Under the pieces are notes generated by a model, which was not told where the DNA came from, did not search any database, and worked only from the letters and a program-made list of their open reading frames with translations. This document shows positions 11,168-21,922 of a DNA stretch of 64,000 nt, piece after piece. Source of the DNA: an uncultured SAR86 cluster bacterium. Lineage in GTDB: Bacteria; Pseudomonadota; Gammaproteobacteria; Magnimaribacterales; AG-339-G14. The stretch covers positions 1,550 to 65,549 of the forward strand of contig CABZRA010000002.1 in the NCBI GenBank assembly GCA_902527995.1. The letters are read 5' to 3'. The position numbers and the translations under genes are program-made. Each line of letters starts with the position of its first letter. Position 1 is the stretch's first letter.

Positions 11168-11176
11168 CAATAAATT

Positions 11177-11632
11177 ATGAATCATTATGAAATAGTTTTC
11201 GTGGTTGATCCACAACTCGATAAAGAAGCTAAATTATTTAAAAAGTGTTTGGATACAGTGAAATCAATCGATGGCCTCACCCATAGATCTGAGGATATAG
11301 GAGTCAGAAAGCTTGCCTATCCAATTAACGATAAAAATACAGGTCACTATTTTTTACTTAATATTGAATGTGATCCTGAAAAATTAAAAGATGTCGAGGC
11401 ATTATTTAAATTCGATGAGTCAATAATGAGGTCTTCGTTAGTCAAAAAGAAAAGAGCTGAAACAGAACCGTCTAGCTTAATGACTCAAACAAAAAAACAG
11501 CTTAAAGCCGAAACTTCCCCAGAATCTTCTTTGGATGTAAAAAAAACTGATAAAGATATTAAAAAGCAAGAGGAACAAAGTGGAGCAGATGATCAAAAAG
11601 AAGCTTCTAAACCAGATTCAGAAAATAATTAA
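11177..11632 (+). CDS. rpsF: 30S ribosomal protein S6 with charged C-terminal tail
   Basis: [24 protein letters not shown]. Confidence 0.95.
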   Translation: MNHYEIVFVVDPQLDKEAKLFKKCLDTVKSIDGLTHRSEDIGVRKLAYPINDKNTGHYFLLNIECDPEKLKDVEALFKFDESIMRSSLVKKKRAETEPSSLMTQTKKQLKAETSPESSLDVKKTDKDIKKQEEQSGADDQKEASKPDSENN

Positions 11633-11646
11633 TATGCAAAAAAAAT

Positions 11647-11916
11647 ATGAGAAGAAAAACTGAAAAAAGAGGCTCTCAAAATCAGGAAACCTTAGTTAAG
11701 TCAAAGAGAACTTGCCAATTCACTGCAGCCAATGTTGAAGAAATTGATTATAAAGATGTTGAGTTATTGTCTAAATTTATTAACGAAATGGGCAAAATAT
11801 CTCCAGCTAGAATGACTGGAACAAGCGCTAAATATCAAAGACAACTTACTAAGGCTATTAAAAGAGCAAGACAATTAGCTTTATTGCCTTACACAGACAG
11901 TCATAGGGTTAAATAA
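11647..11916 (+). CDS. rpsR: 30S ribosomal protein S18
   Basis: [33 protein letters not shown]. Confidence 0.97.
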   Translation: MRRKTEKRGSQNQETLVKSKRTCQFTAANVEEIDYKDVELLSKFINEMGKISPARMTGTSAKYQRQLTKAIKRARQLALLPYTDSHRVK

Positions 11917-12362
11917 TGAAAGTAATCCTTAAAGAATCTATTACTGGATTAGGCTCTCCAGGAGATTTGGTTAATGTTAAGTCGGGATATGGAAGAAATT
12001 TCCTTATGCCTACAGGGAAAGCTATACCTGCTACTGAAGAAAATTTAAAAATCTATGAAGCAGAAAAAACTAAACTTGAAGAGTTAGAAAATAAAAAAAT
12101 AGCTGAAGCTAAAGAAATTGATAGTAGATTGTCAGGATTTATCCTTGAAATTAACGTTGCTGTAACAGAAGAAGAAGCGATGTATGGATCTATTGGTACA
12201 AAAGAGATATCAGAATCTCTCAAAGAAAAAGGATTTGAAATTGACAGACAATCCATAAGGCTTCCCGAGGGGGTCTTAAAAGAACTTGGAGAATTTGAAT
12301 TGGACATAGAACTTCACCCTGAAGTTGTCTCCAAGATTAAAATTATTTTAAAACCTGAATAA
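11916..12362 (+). CDS. rplI: 50S ribosomal protein L9
   Basis: MKVIL, LGSPGDLVNVKSGYGRNFL, YGSI, LHPEV. Confidence 0.96.
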   Translation: MKVILKESITGLGSPGDLVNVKSGYGRNFLMPTGKAIPATEENLKIYEAEKTKLEELENKKIAEAKEIDSRLSGFILEINVAVTEEEAMYGSIGTKEISESLKEKGFEIDRQSIRLPEGVLKELGEFELDIELHPEVVSKIKIILKPE

Positions 12363-12415
12363 TAAAAATCTAATTTGTCTTAACTGGTTTGAGATGGGAG
12401 AATATCAAACTATTT

Positions 12416-13795
12416 ATGAGAAAAGAATCTGATCAGCCTTCGTCAGTAGAAGCAGAAAAAGCCGTTTTGGGTGGATTATTACTTGAGCCTGAATTATGGG
12501 ATACAGTTTCGGTGACAGTAGATGAAGAAGATTTTGTTTTATTAGAGCATCAGCTCATATATAGAGCCATAAGACGATTGAGAGATCATGGAAATGAGTT
12601 AGATACTGTTACATTAATAGAATCTTTGACTAATGATCCTGATATTTCCACCGTTACCAATTTCAATCAAAATGATTATATAAAACAACTGGCTTCCGAT
12701 ACTCCTGGAACAGCAAACTTCATTAATTACACTGACATTGTTAAACAGACTTCAAATTTAAGAAAGTTGATTTCTACTGCGTCGGATATATCAAGTATTG
12801 CAAAAGAATCGGATTCATTTGAAATTGAGGATACTTTTAGCCAAGCAGAAAATAAATTAATTAACCTTAGAGACTCTATCGATCGAAAAAAAGGGCCTAC
12901 TCTTGCCAAAGATTTAATAAAGCCTGTCTATGACAACATTGAAGAAAATATAAATTCAACAACTCCATTAATTGGACATTCAACTGGGTTTAGAGATTTA
13001 GATAAATTAACGCTGGGTCTTCAGGATGGTGATTTAATATTAGTAGCAGGAAGACCAAGTATGGGAAAAACTGCTTTTGGATTGAGTATTGCAGCAAATT
13101 TTATCGAAAATAACATTCCAGCGGTTTTCTACAGCTTAGAGATGTCATCTCGGTCAGTTATGTACAGACTTATTTCTATCTTATCTAGGGTAGAACTAAA
13201 AAAAATATTTCAAGCTAAAGAGCTCACTGACTCGGATTTTGAAAAAATAGGTAAGGCAGTTGAACTATTAGAAAAAAGTAATTTTTTTATAGACGATACT
13301 TCAGCTCTTAGTCCTTCAGAAATTCTTTCAAGATCTAGAAAGCTTAAAAGAGAGCATACAGATTTAGGCTTGATTGTCTTGGATTATCTGCAATTGATGA
13401 GAGCAGACATAAGTAACCCGAGTAGAGTTAATGAAATGAGTGAAATCTCCAGAGCTACCAAAGCTTTGGCAAAAGAATTGGATGTTCCAGTTATAGCTTT
13501 ATCGCAACTAAACAGAGCCTCAGAAACTAGGACTAACAAAATGCCTATAATGGCTGATCTTAGGGACTCAGGAGCTTTAGAACAAGATGCCGACTTGGTT
13601 GTTTTTCCCTTCAGACCAGAATTTCATGAACCTACTCCTGAGAATAAAGGAATTGCCAAAGTTATAGTTGCAAAACATAGAAATGGTGAAACTGGTGATG
13701 TACTTCTTCATTGGGCAGCTAGATACACTTCTTTTGAAGATCTTGCTCTTAATGATCCAGCTTATGACAACCCCTCATTTACGAATCAAAATTGA
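12416..13795 (+). CDS. dnaB: Replicative DNA helicase
   Basis: EAEKAVLG, GRPSMGKT, DYLQL, LSQLNR, DLRDSGALEQDAD, KHRNG; ATG at 12416 preferred; no intein. Confidence 0.96.
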   Translation: MRKESDQPSSVEAEKAVLGGLLLEPELWDTVSVTVDEEDFVLLEHQLIYRAIRRLRDHGNELDTVTLIESLTNDPDISTVTNFNQNDYIKQLASDTPGTANFINYTDIVKQTSNLRKLISTASDISSIAKESDSFEIEDTFSQAENKLINLRDSIDRKKGPTLAKDLIKPVYDNIEENINSTTPLIGHSTGFRDLDKLTLGLQDGDLILVAGRPSMGKTAFGLSIAANFIENNIPAVFYSLEMSSRSVMYRLISILSRVELKKIFQAKELTDSDFEKIGKAVELLEKSNFFIDDTSALSPSEILSRSRKLKREHTDLGLIVLDYLQLMRADISNPSRVNEMSEISRATKALAKELDVPVIALSQLNRASETRTNKMPIMADLRDSGALEQDADLVVFPFRPEFHEPTPENKGIAKVIVAKHRNGETGDVLLHWAARYTSFEDLALNDPAYDNPSFTNQN

Positions 13796-14886
13796 GTCGC
13801 CCTACAATTGCTGAAGTCAATCTTTCAGCATTAAATAAAAATGTAAGAAAATTAAAAAAACTTACCAATTCTAAGATTTACCCAGTTGTAAAAGCTGACG
13901 CTTATGGACATGGTTTGAAAATGATAGCTAAAAGTATTGATCGAATAATTTCAGGATATTGCGTGGCAACATTCGAAGAATCTTTAGAGCTTCGGAAAAT
14001 TACAAAAAAAAATATTGTATGCATGGAAGGGCCGTACGACTCATCAGAATTAAAAAGTTTTGAAAAACTAAATATTGACTACGTAATTCACTCTTTCAGA
14101 CAAATTTCTTTTATAGAAAATCTAGGTAATCAAAATTTCGTCGGTAAAAATAAAGTTTGGTTAAAAATAGATACTGGGATGAATAGGTTGGGATTCAAGG
14201 AAAACGAGGTTTTAGAGGCTTTTTCAAGAATAAATTCGATAAAAAAAAATATGGTTTTGATGAGTCATCTTTCCTCCTCATCGTCAAATAAGAGCTCAAG
14301 ATTGATAACGAATAGCCAAATTGAGATATTTAGAAAATTTGAATCAAAGCTTAAGAAAATTAAGCCAAATTTAATCTTAAGTCTTTGTAACTCAGGAGGG
14401 TTAATCAATTTCAAAAGATCTCATAATGATATCTCGAGACCAGGAATAAGTATTTTCGGAAGTAAAGCCGATGGTGAAATATCTAAAATAGATTTAGAGC
14501 AAGTTATGACTTTGAAATCTAAATTTATAAGTATAAAAAAAGTCTACAAAGGAGATAGGGTAGGATACGGAGGAACCTGGATGGCAAAAAAAGAAACTTT
14601 AGTTGGAATTTTACCAATAGGATATGCTGATGGTTATTTAACAGGAATGGGAAATTCGGCTTATGTTTTGGTTGAAGGTATAAAAGCAAAAGTTATTGGT
14701 CGAGTTTCTATGGATCTGACTGCGGTTGATTTAAGTAAATGTAAAAATGCTGACTATAACTCTGAAGTAATTTTATGGGGCAATAATTTAAAAATTGATA
14801 AAGTTTCTAAGTTTGCAAATTCCATACCTTACGAGTTGATAACTTCGGTTTCTGGAAGAGTTAAAAGAGAATACGTATATAAATAA
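13792..14886 (+). CDS. alr: Alanine racemase
   Basis: VVKADAYGHG, KIDTGMNRLG, GYADG, GRVSMD; TTG start overlapping dnaB stop. Confidence 0.95.
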   Translation: MSRPTIAEVNLSALNKNVRKLKKLTNSKIYPVVKADAYGHGLKMIAKSIDRIISGYCVATFEESLELRKITKKNIVCMEGPYDSSELKSFEKLNIDYVIHSFRQISFIENLGNQNFVGKNKVWLKIDTGMNRLGFKENEVLEAFSRINSIKKNMVLMSHLSSSSSNKSSRLITNSQIEIFRKFESKLKKIKPNLILSLCNSGGLINFKRSHNDISRPGISIFGSKADGEISKIDLEQVMTLKSKFISIKKVYKGDRVGYGGTWMAKKETLVGILPIGYADGYLTGMGNSAYVLVEGIKAKVIGRVSMDLTAVDLSKCKNADYNSEVILWGNNLKIDKVSKFANSIPYELITSVSGRVKREYVYK

Positions 14887-14937
14887 CCTTATTTATAAAA
14901 ATTATAAAATCAAAAAAGATATTTACATTCTTTTGTT

Positions 14938-16044
14938 ATGACTGATAATTGCTATATGAAAATTGATTATTTGAAAGAAACTCCAAGAAAACTTAAAGAA
15001 TTTCCTGTTGAAAATGAACTCAACTTATCAGAACAAGAGGTTACTGATGTTGCAGAAATATTTAGTACACCTTTGACTGGTTCTTATAATTGGGACTACA
15101 CAGTACAAGATAATAGAATTAAGAAACTTTATGAACTTGGGAAAGAGCTTAATTGGAACGTGGAAAAAGATATTGATTGGAATCGACCTCTTCCAGAAAG
15201 AGGAGACACTCCTCCTGAAATTTTTTGGGATCAGTATGAACCCTATCAAAAATTATCTAATGAAGACAAATTTGAATTTTTAAGACATAGAGCTTCATGG
15301 TCATTGAGCCAATTTCTTCATGGAGAACAAGGAGCATTGTTGGTTGCCTCTCAGCTTGTTTCATGCGCGCCAACATTCAATGCCAAATTATACGCGGCAT
15401 CTCAAACCTTTGATGAAGCAAGACATGTGGAAGCATTTAATAAATATCTTCAAACTCGTCAAAAATTAATGTATCCAGTCGGCACAGGTTTAAAATCATT
15501 ATTAGATAAGATTCTTACAGATCCTAGATGGGACTTAAAGTTTATCGGAATGCAAATCATCATCGAGGGTCTTGCATTAGCTGCATTCAATTTAGCAAAA
15601 CAAACTTCAAATGATCCAGTTTTTAGAGATATGCTTTATTTAATAATTAGAGATGAAGCAAGACATGTAACTTTTGGTGTGAACTACCTTGAGGAATACC
15701 TTAAAAATCTCTCTCAAGATGAGTTAGAAGAAAGAGCTATGTTCGCTTATGAGGCATGCGTTGTTATGAGAGGTAGGTTGTTATCTGCAGAAGTTTATGA
15801 AAAGTTTGGCTGGGATGTAGAGGAAGCACTTGAATTTCAATCCAAAACAGACGTAACAAATAATTTTCAACATCTTTTATTTACAAGAGTTGTTCCCAAT
15901 TTATCAAGAATTGGACTCATAACCGAAAAAGTAAGACCCTTATATGACGAATTAGGTGTTCTGGATTATGAAAGTTGGCCAACAGATGGAGACATAGACT
16001 GGGCCTCCCTTAAGCAACCTTTAGATTTATCCGAATCTGCATAA
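14938..16044 (+). CDS. Ferritin-like diiron protein (AurF-like oxygenase family)
   Basis: HGEQGAL, two DEARH (ExxH) motifs, IIEGLALA; true start may be ATG 14956. Confidence 0.75.
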   Translation: MTDNCYMKIDYLKETPRKLKEFPVENELNLSEQEVTDVAEIFSTPLTGSYNWDYTVQDNRIKKLYELGKELNWNVEKDIDWNRPLPERGDTPPEIFWDQYEPYQKLSNEDKFEFLRHRASWSLSQFLHGEQGALLVASQLVSCAPTFNAKLYAASQTFDEARHVEAFNKYLQTRQKLMYPVGTGLKSLLDKILTDPRWDLKFIGMQIIIEGLALAAFNLAKQTSNDPVFRDMLYLIIRDEARHVTFGVNYLEEYLKNLSQDELEERAMFAYEACVVMRGRLLSAEVYEKFGWDVEEALEFQSKTDVTNNFQHLLFTRVVPNLSRIGLITEKVRPLYDELGVLDYESWPTDGDIDWASLKQPLDLSESA

Positions 16045-16109
16045 AATTTATTCGTTGAAGCATTAGCATTTATTTGCTAACCTGATGTTCCATCTTGAGA
16101 TAAAAAGAG

Positions 16110-17729
16110 ATGGCATCTAATCCTAAATATTTGTTTGTAACCGGCGGAGTAGTATCTTCTCTAGGTAAAGGTATTTTTTCTGCTTCTCTAGGAGCAATAC
16201 TTGAAAGTAAAGGCCTAAAAGTCACAATCCAAAAATTAGACCCCTATATAAATTTAGATCCTGGCACAATGTCACCATTTCAGCATGGCGAGGTTTTTGT
16301 TACAGAAGATGGATCAGAAACTGACTTGGATTTAGGACATTATGAAAGATTTCTTGATTCGAAAATGTCTAAATTGAATAATTTTACTGCTGGTCAGGTT
16401 TACGAACATGTTTTAAAAAGGGAGAGAAAAGGAGATTTTTTAGGATCTACCGTCCAGGTTATTCCCCACATAACTGACGAAATCAAGAAAAGAATCATTA
16501 AATGTGCAGATGGAAACGATATAGCAATAATTGAAGTAGGAGGAACGGTAGGGGATATTGAATCGCAACCTTTTTTAGAAGCTATAAGACAAATGAAACT
16601 CGAGTTGGGAAGTAATAGAGCTCTTTTCGCTCATCTAACATTAATTCCTTTTTTGGCTTCTTCTGGAGAGATAAAAACTAAGCCAACTCAACATTCGATT
16701 AAAAATTTATTGTCCCATGGAATTCAAGCTGACCTACTTATATGTAGATCTGAAAACCCTTTACAAAAATCAGATTCAAAAAAAATATCTTTATTTACTA
16801 ATGTTGATGAAAAATGCGTGTTTTCAATTCCTGATGTAAATTCAATTCACTCAATACCTGAACTTTTAAATTCTCAAGGACTTGATAAGCAGATAACTGA
16901 GAAGCTGAGACTTAAATCTAAACCAGCTAATTTAAAGAGATGGAAAAAAGTTTCTAGATTAGAAAAAAATAGAAAAGGAATTACTAAAATTGCTCTGGTC
17001 GGAAAATATACTGAACTTGCAGACTCCTATAAATCAGTAAATGAGGCCCTCGTGCACGCAGGTATTCATAATGAAACAGAAGTTGAAATAGAATATTTCG
17101 ATTCTCAAGATTTTGATAAAGGCGTTAAAAAATTTAAACCACATGGAATATTAATTCCTGGAGGATTTGGAGGCAGAGGAATTAATGGGATGATAAATGT
17201 TGCTAAATTTGCAAGAACAAAAAATATTCCTTTTTTTGGTATTTGCTTAGGAATGCAAGTAGCTGTGATTGAATTTGCAAGAAATGTCTTAAAAATTTCA
17301 GCAAATAGTACAGAATTTGAGAAAACTACAAAACATCCTGTGATTGCATTAATAACTGAATGGATGGACAAAAAAGGGTTAACACAGATTAGAAATGAAA
17401 ATTCCGATAAGGGTGGAACTATGAGGCTTGGCAGTCAGATATGTATTTTGGAAAAAAATAGCAAAATGTCAAAAATGTATAAAAGCAGAAAAATCTCAGA
17501 ACGACATAGGCATAGATATGAATTTAACAGTAATTATCTTGAAAAAATAAAGTCGAAAGGAATGAACATAGTTGGGTTTTCAGAGGATAAAAACTTAGTG
17601 GAAGCCATTGAACTTAAAGGACACAAATGGTTTGTAGGATGTCAATTTCATCCCGAATTTACTTCAGATCCAAGAACAGGACATCCTTTATTTAACGGTT
17701 TTATTAGAGCTGCTAAAGTTACAAAATGA
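16110..17729 (+). CDS. pyrG: CTP synthase
   Basis: [38 protein letters not shown]. Confidence 0.98.
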   Translation: MASNPKYLFVTGGVVSSLGKGIFSASLGAILESKGLKVTIQKLDPYINLDPGTMSPFQHGEVFVTEDGSETDLDLGHYERFLDSKMSKLNNFTAGQVYEHVLKRERKGDFLGSTVQVIPHITDEIKKRIIKCADGNDIAIIEVGGTVGDIESQPFLEAIRQMKLELGSNRALFAHLTLIPFLASSGEIKTKPTQHSIKNLLSHGIQADLLICRSENPLQKSDSKKISLFTNVDEKCVFSIPDVNSIHSIPELLNSQGLDKQITEKLRLKSKPANLKRWKKVSRLEKNRKGITKIALVGKYTELADSYKSVNEALVHAGIHNETEVEIEYFDSQDFDKGVKKFKPHGILIPGGFGGRGINGMINVAKFARTKNIPFFGICLGMQVAVIEFARNVLKISANSTEFEKTTKHPVIALITEWMDKKGLTQIRNENSDKGGTMRLGSQICILEKNSKMSKMYKSRKISERHRHRYEFNSNYLEKIKSKGMNIVGFSEDKNLVEAIELKGHKWFVGCQFHPEFTSDPRTGHPLFNGFIRAAKVTK

Positions 17730-18547
17730 AAAAAATTATTCTCGATGGAATAAGTATATCTAACGAAGATAAGATATGTTTTTTTGCTGGGTTAAATATT
17801 CTGGAAACTTCTGAACAAGCATTTGAGGTAGCTCTTAATTTAAAAGATATATGTAGCAACCTCGAGAACCCTTTTATATTCAAAGCTTCTTTTGACAAAG
17901 CTAATAGATCTTCAATTAACTCTTACAGAGGACCTGGGATAAGTAAAGCAATAGAAATTTTTAAAGAACTCAAAAAGGAAAACATTAAAATTATTTCTGA
18001 TGTTCATGAAATAAGTCAGATTTCATTATTCCAAGAATATATTGACATAATTCAAATACCAGCATTTTTATGTCGTCAAACCGATTTAATTAAAGAAGCC
18101 TGTGAAACAAAAAAACCAATTAATATTAAAAAAGGTCAGTTTTTATCTCCAAATCAAATGATAAATATCGTAGAAAAATGCAGCGCATTCGGAAATGAAA
18201 ATATTTTACTTTGTGAAAGAGGTACTTCTTTTGGATATAACAATCTCGTCGTAGATATGCTTGGATTATCTGAAATGAAAAAAATAGGAAATCCAATTGT
18301 ATTTGACGTCACTCACTCTCTTCAGATTCCTGGAGGACAGGGAGACGCTGCTAGCGGAAGAGGAGAGCAAGCTTTAGATTTAGCCCTTTCAGGAGTAGCA
18401 CAAAGAATTGCGGCTTTATTCATAGAAACTCATCCCTCCCCAAAAGATGCAAAGTGTGATGGACCATCTGCTACCAAATTAAGTGAAATGGCATCTATTC
18501 TTAAAAAAGTATCTGATCTAGATTCTTTTATCAAATCTCAAAAATGA
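17726..18547 (+). CDS. kdsA: KDO-8-phosphate synthase
   Basis: [36 protein letters not shown]. Confidence 0.97.
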   Translation: MKKIILDGISISNEDKICFFAGLNILETSEQAFEVALNLKDICSNLENPFIFKASFDKANRSSINSYRGPGISKAIEIFKELKKENIKIISDVHEISQISLFQEYIDIIQIPAFLCRQTDLIKEACETKKPINIKKGQFLSPNQMINIVEKCSAFGNENILLCERGTSFGYNNLVVDMLGLSEMKKIGNPIVFDVTHSLQIPGGQGDAASGRGEQALDLALSGVAQRIAALFIETHPSPKDAKCDGPSATKLSEMASILKKVSDLDSFIKSQK

Positions 18548-19821
18548 AAATAAAAAAAATAAATTCTATTGAAATTTTAGATTCTAGAGGTACGCCCACT
18601 GTCATGACTTCAATTGAATTAGAAGATGGCACTTTAGAATTCGGATACGTACCTTCAGGTGCTTCTACTGGTTCTAGAGAAGCTATTGAAAAAAGAGACG
18701 GAAAAGATAGTTTTAACGGAAAAGGAGTAGACTACACTATCAAAAATGCAGCTGAGAATTTATTTCCATCACTCATAGGATTTGATTTAGGTAGTCAATT
18801 GGATTTTGATTCAAAATTAATTGATCTAGATGGATCTAAAAATAAAGAAAACTTTGGAGCAAATATTTTACTTTCATTATCGATGGCGGCTTGCAAAGTA
18901 TCAGCCTCTCTTTCAAAAAAACCCCTTTATTCACATATTAACGAATTAGCAAAATCTATTGGAATTGATGCGGAACTAAAGGCGCCATTACCAATGATGA
19001 ACATCTTAAATGGAGGAGCTCATGCTAACAATGGATTGGATTTTCAAGAATTTATGATTCAACCTTTTGGATTTAAAACCTTTAAAGAAAGTGTCATCTG
19101 TGGAGTAGAAGTTTTTCAAGAATTAAAAAAAAACCTAGCCAAAAAAGGTTTTTCTACTGCTGTAGGTGATGAGGGAGGGTTTGCTCCTAATATATATTCT
19201 TCAGAAGAAGCTTTAGACTTAATTTGTGAAGCTATTACTTCGTCTGGATATAAAGTGGGAGACGAAGTGTCTTTTGCACTAGATTGCGCTTCAACAGAAA
19301 TTTTTAATAACGATGTTTATGAGCTTAATAAGAAAAAATTATCTTCTCATGATTTAATAAAATTTCTTAAATCATTAAAAGATAAGTTTCCAATCACTTC
19401 AATTGAAGATGCTTTGGATGAAAATGATTGGGACAGTTGGGTAGATTTAACAAAAATTTTGGGTTCAGAAACTCAACTCGTAGGAGATGATTTATTTGTA
19501 ACGAATAAAACTTTTTTAAAAAAGGGTATTGAAATGAAAGCAGGAAACGCGGTTTTGATAAAAATTAATCAAATTGGTACCTTAAGCGAAACTCTTGAGA
19601 CAATAAAGCTTGCTTTAGATAACAAATTTAAATGTATCATTTCTCATAGATCAGGTGAAACAGAAGATAACTTTATTGCTGATCTCGCAGTTGCAACTGG
19701 TGCAGGACAAATTAAAACTGGGGCGCCTTCAAGGTCGGATAGGACCTCTAAATACAATCGATTGTTATATATTGATTCAATAGAAAATCTTACTTTTGAT
19801 GGAGAAAAAGAAATCAGATAA
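18544..19821 (+). CDS. eno: Enolase
   Basis: ILDSRG, PSGASTG, VGDEGGFAP, VGDDL, SHRSGET. Confidence 0.98.
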   Translation: MKIKKINSIEILDSRGTPTVMTSIELEDGTLEFGYVPSGASTGSREAIEKRDGKDSFNGKGVDYTIKNAAENLFPSLIGFDLGSQLDFDSKLIDLDGSKNKENFGANILLSLSMAACKVSASLSKKPLYSHINELAKSIGIDAELKAPLPMMNILNGGAHANNGLDFQEFMIQPFGFKTFKESVICGVEVFQELKKNLAKKGFSTAVGDEGGFAPNIYSSEEALDLICEAITSSGYKVGDEVSFALDCASTEIFNNDVYELNKKKLSSHDLIKFLKSLKDKFPITSIEDALDENDWDSWVDLTKILGSETQLVGDDLFVTNKTFLKKGIEMKAGNAVLIKINQIGTLSETLETIKLALDNKFKCIISHRSGETEDNFIADLAVATGAGQIKTGAPSRSDRTSKYNRLLYIDSIENLTFDGEKEIR

Positions 19822-19823
19822 AA

Positions 19824-20057
19824 ATGATTTTTTCAAAAAAAAACTTTGCACTTTTTCTGCTTTTATCAATGACGATTATTTTTTTTTATTATACGATTGA
19901 TATTTTCTTAGGTGATTATAGTTTTTCTGAGATAAGAAAATTGAATACCGACTTAGAAAATTTGAAAATTTCAAATGATCTTTTGGAGAATGAGAATAAA
20001 GTCTTATTTCAAAATTATGAAGAATTAAAAAAAGATGGGGATGCATTAAATGAGTGA
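19824..20057 (+). CDS. ftsB: Short FtsB/DivIC-like septum protein
   Basis: One TM helix plus leucine-zipper coiled coil between eno and ispD (canonical ftsB slot); C-terminal region absent. Confidence 0.8.
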   Translation: MIFSKKNFALFLLLSMTIIFFYYTIDIFLGDYSFSEIRKLNTDLENLKISNDLLENENKVLFQNYEELKKDGDALNE

Positions 20058-20763
20058 ACAATATCTTGCATTGATACCCGCAGCAGGAGTTGGATCAAGG
20101 GCTAAATTAAAAATGGCTAAACAATTCACTGCGATTGGCTCTAAAACAATTATCGAATACGCATTAGATCCTTTTTTGTTAGATGATAACTGCAAAAAAA
20201 TCTGTGTTGTAACACAAGAAGATAATGAGGCTTGGACATCTTTGTCTATTTCAGGGCACGAAAAGATTGTTTCCTGCATAGGCGGAGATACAAGAATGGA
20301 ATCAGTTCTTAGAGGCTTGGAGTTGCTAATGGAATCAGAAGACAAAGGTTCGTTAGTAGCAATCCATGATGCAGCAAGACCATGTTTATCTAATGAAGAT
20401 TTAAAAAAAATAATGGATTTTGCTAACGAAGAAATGAAAGATGAAGGTCAAGGTGTTTTTCTAGCTCACCAACCCTCTGAAAGTGTTAATCTGGGAGACA
20501 AAAATAAAGTTACTAAAAGTTTAGATCGTTCAAAAGTTTGGCTATCAGCTACCCCTCAAGTTTTTTTCTTGGAGGATATCCTCAAAGCATTGGAAAGTGC
20601 CAAAGAGGATGAAAAGTTTTTTTCTGATGAAGTTGGCGCAGCTTTCACCTTTTTTAAAAATACTATTAGTCCGTTGCTGTCCGACCGAATGAATATAAAA
20701 GTTACTAAAAAAGAGGATTTAGTTCTTGTCGAACAATATCTCAAGCTATCTGGAAGAATATGA
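20050..20763 (+). CDS. ispD: MEP cytidylyltransferase
   Basis: IPAAGVGSR, KQF, GGDTR, HDAARP, TPQ, NIKVT. Confidence 0.93.
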   Translation: MSEQYLALIPAAGVGSRAKLKMAKQFTAIGSKTIIEYALDPFLLDDNCKKICVVTQEDNEAWTSLSISGHEKIVSCIGGDTRMESVLRGLELLMESEDKGSLVAIHDAARPCLSNEDLKKIMDFANEEMKDEGQGVFLAHQPSESVNLGDKNKVTKSLDRSKVWLSATPQVFFLEDILKALESAKEDEKFFSDEVGAAFTFFKNTISPLLSDRMNIKVTKKEDLVLVEQYLKLSGRI

Positions 20764-21242
20764 TGAATTTCAGAATTGGTAATGGCTTCGATGCTCATAA
20801 AATAAAAAAAGGAAATGGAATTACACTTGGCGGAATTTTTATTCCTTGCGACTACAGCTTAATAGCTCATTCGGATGGAGATATCATCTCTCACACCGTC
20901 TGTGATGCTTTATTAGGAGCGGCAAATTTAGGAGATATTGGAGTTCATTTTCCAAATACTAAAAAATTTGAAAATATTTCAGGAAAAGAAATGATTGAGT
21001 CAGTATTAGATAAACTCCAAAAACAAAATTTTGAAATATCTAACATTGATATAACTTATATCGGAGAAGTTCCAAGATTGAATAGTCATAAGCACGAAAT
21101 CATAAATTGTTTATCTAAATTTCTAAAAGTTGATGAAGAAAAAATATCTTGTAAAGCAACAACTACGGATCAACTTGGATTTATGGGTAAAAAAGAAGGG
21201 GTAGCTTGTCTTGCAAATGTATTAATTTATAAAAATAATTAA
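20760..21242 (+). CDS. ispF: MECDP synthase
   Basis: RIGNGFDAH, HSDGD, DALLGA, DIGVHFP, KATT. Confidence 0.96.
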   Translation: MMNFRIGNGFDAHKIKKGNGITLGGIFIPCDYSLIAHSDGDIISHTVCDALLGAANLGDIGVHFPNTKKFENISGKEMIESVLDKLQKQNFEISNIDITYIGEVPRLNSHKHEIINCLSKFLKVDEEKISCKATTTDQLGFMGKKEGVACLANVLIYKNN

Positions 21243-21922
21243 TGAATATTCTTTTGACTAATGACGACGGAATAGAACATTCAGGTATCCAAACACTTAT
21301 CTCAAATCTTTCCGAAGAACATAATGTCTTTACAATGGCGCCAGATAGAAATAGAAGTGGATTTGGAAGTGCCATAACTTTTTTAACAGAAACAAAAGCT
21401 AAAAAGATAAAAGAAAATATTTATAGTCTTGATGGAACTCCAGTCGATTGTGTAAAAAATGCTTTAGAATTTTATTGTCCATTTGAGCCTGATATTGTGG
21501 TTTCTGGAATAAATCCAGGACCAAATTTAGGCTCAGTTTTGTTGTATTCTGGAACCGTAGGAGCGGCATTTGAGGGAAGAAATTTAAAATATCCTTCCAT
21601 TGCTGTTTCTGTAGCTTCTTTTGAAATAACAGATTATGGTTTTGCCGCAAATATTGTAAAAGACATCTTAAATAAAATTAACAAATTAAACCTAGATTCA
21701 TCTTCTATATTGAATCTTAATGTACCTGATAATAAAAAGTTTAAAAATCCTAAATTAAAAGTAACAAAGACTTACCTGGATGAGCAAAATAGAGATGAAG
21801 AAGATTTTTTAGAAGATCAAAAATGTTTGGAAGAAGGATCTATTTCTTTATCTCCAATTAAACTAGAAACAATTTCTAAAGCTAATTTAAAAGATCTTAA
21901 AGATTTTCTCGATGAGTTTTGA
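21242..21922 (+). CDS. surE: 5'/3'-nucleotidase SurE (shortened)
   Basis: MNILLTNDDG, GTPVDCV, SGINPGPN, YSGT. Confidence 0.94.
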   Translation: MNILLTNDDGIEHSGIQTLISNLSEEHNVFTMAPDRNRSGFGSAITFLTETKAKKIKENIYSLDGTPVDCVKNALEFYCPFEPDIVVSGINPGPNLGSVLLYSGTVGAAFEGRNLKYPSIAVSVASFEITDYGFAANIVKDILNKINKLNLDSSSILNLNVPDNKKFKNPKLKVTKTYLDEQNRDEEDFLEDQKCLEEGSISLSPIKLETISKANLKDLKDFLDEF

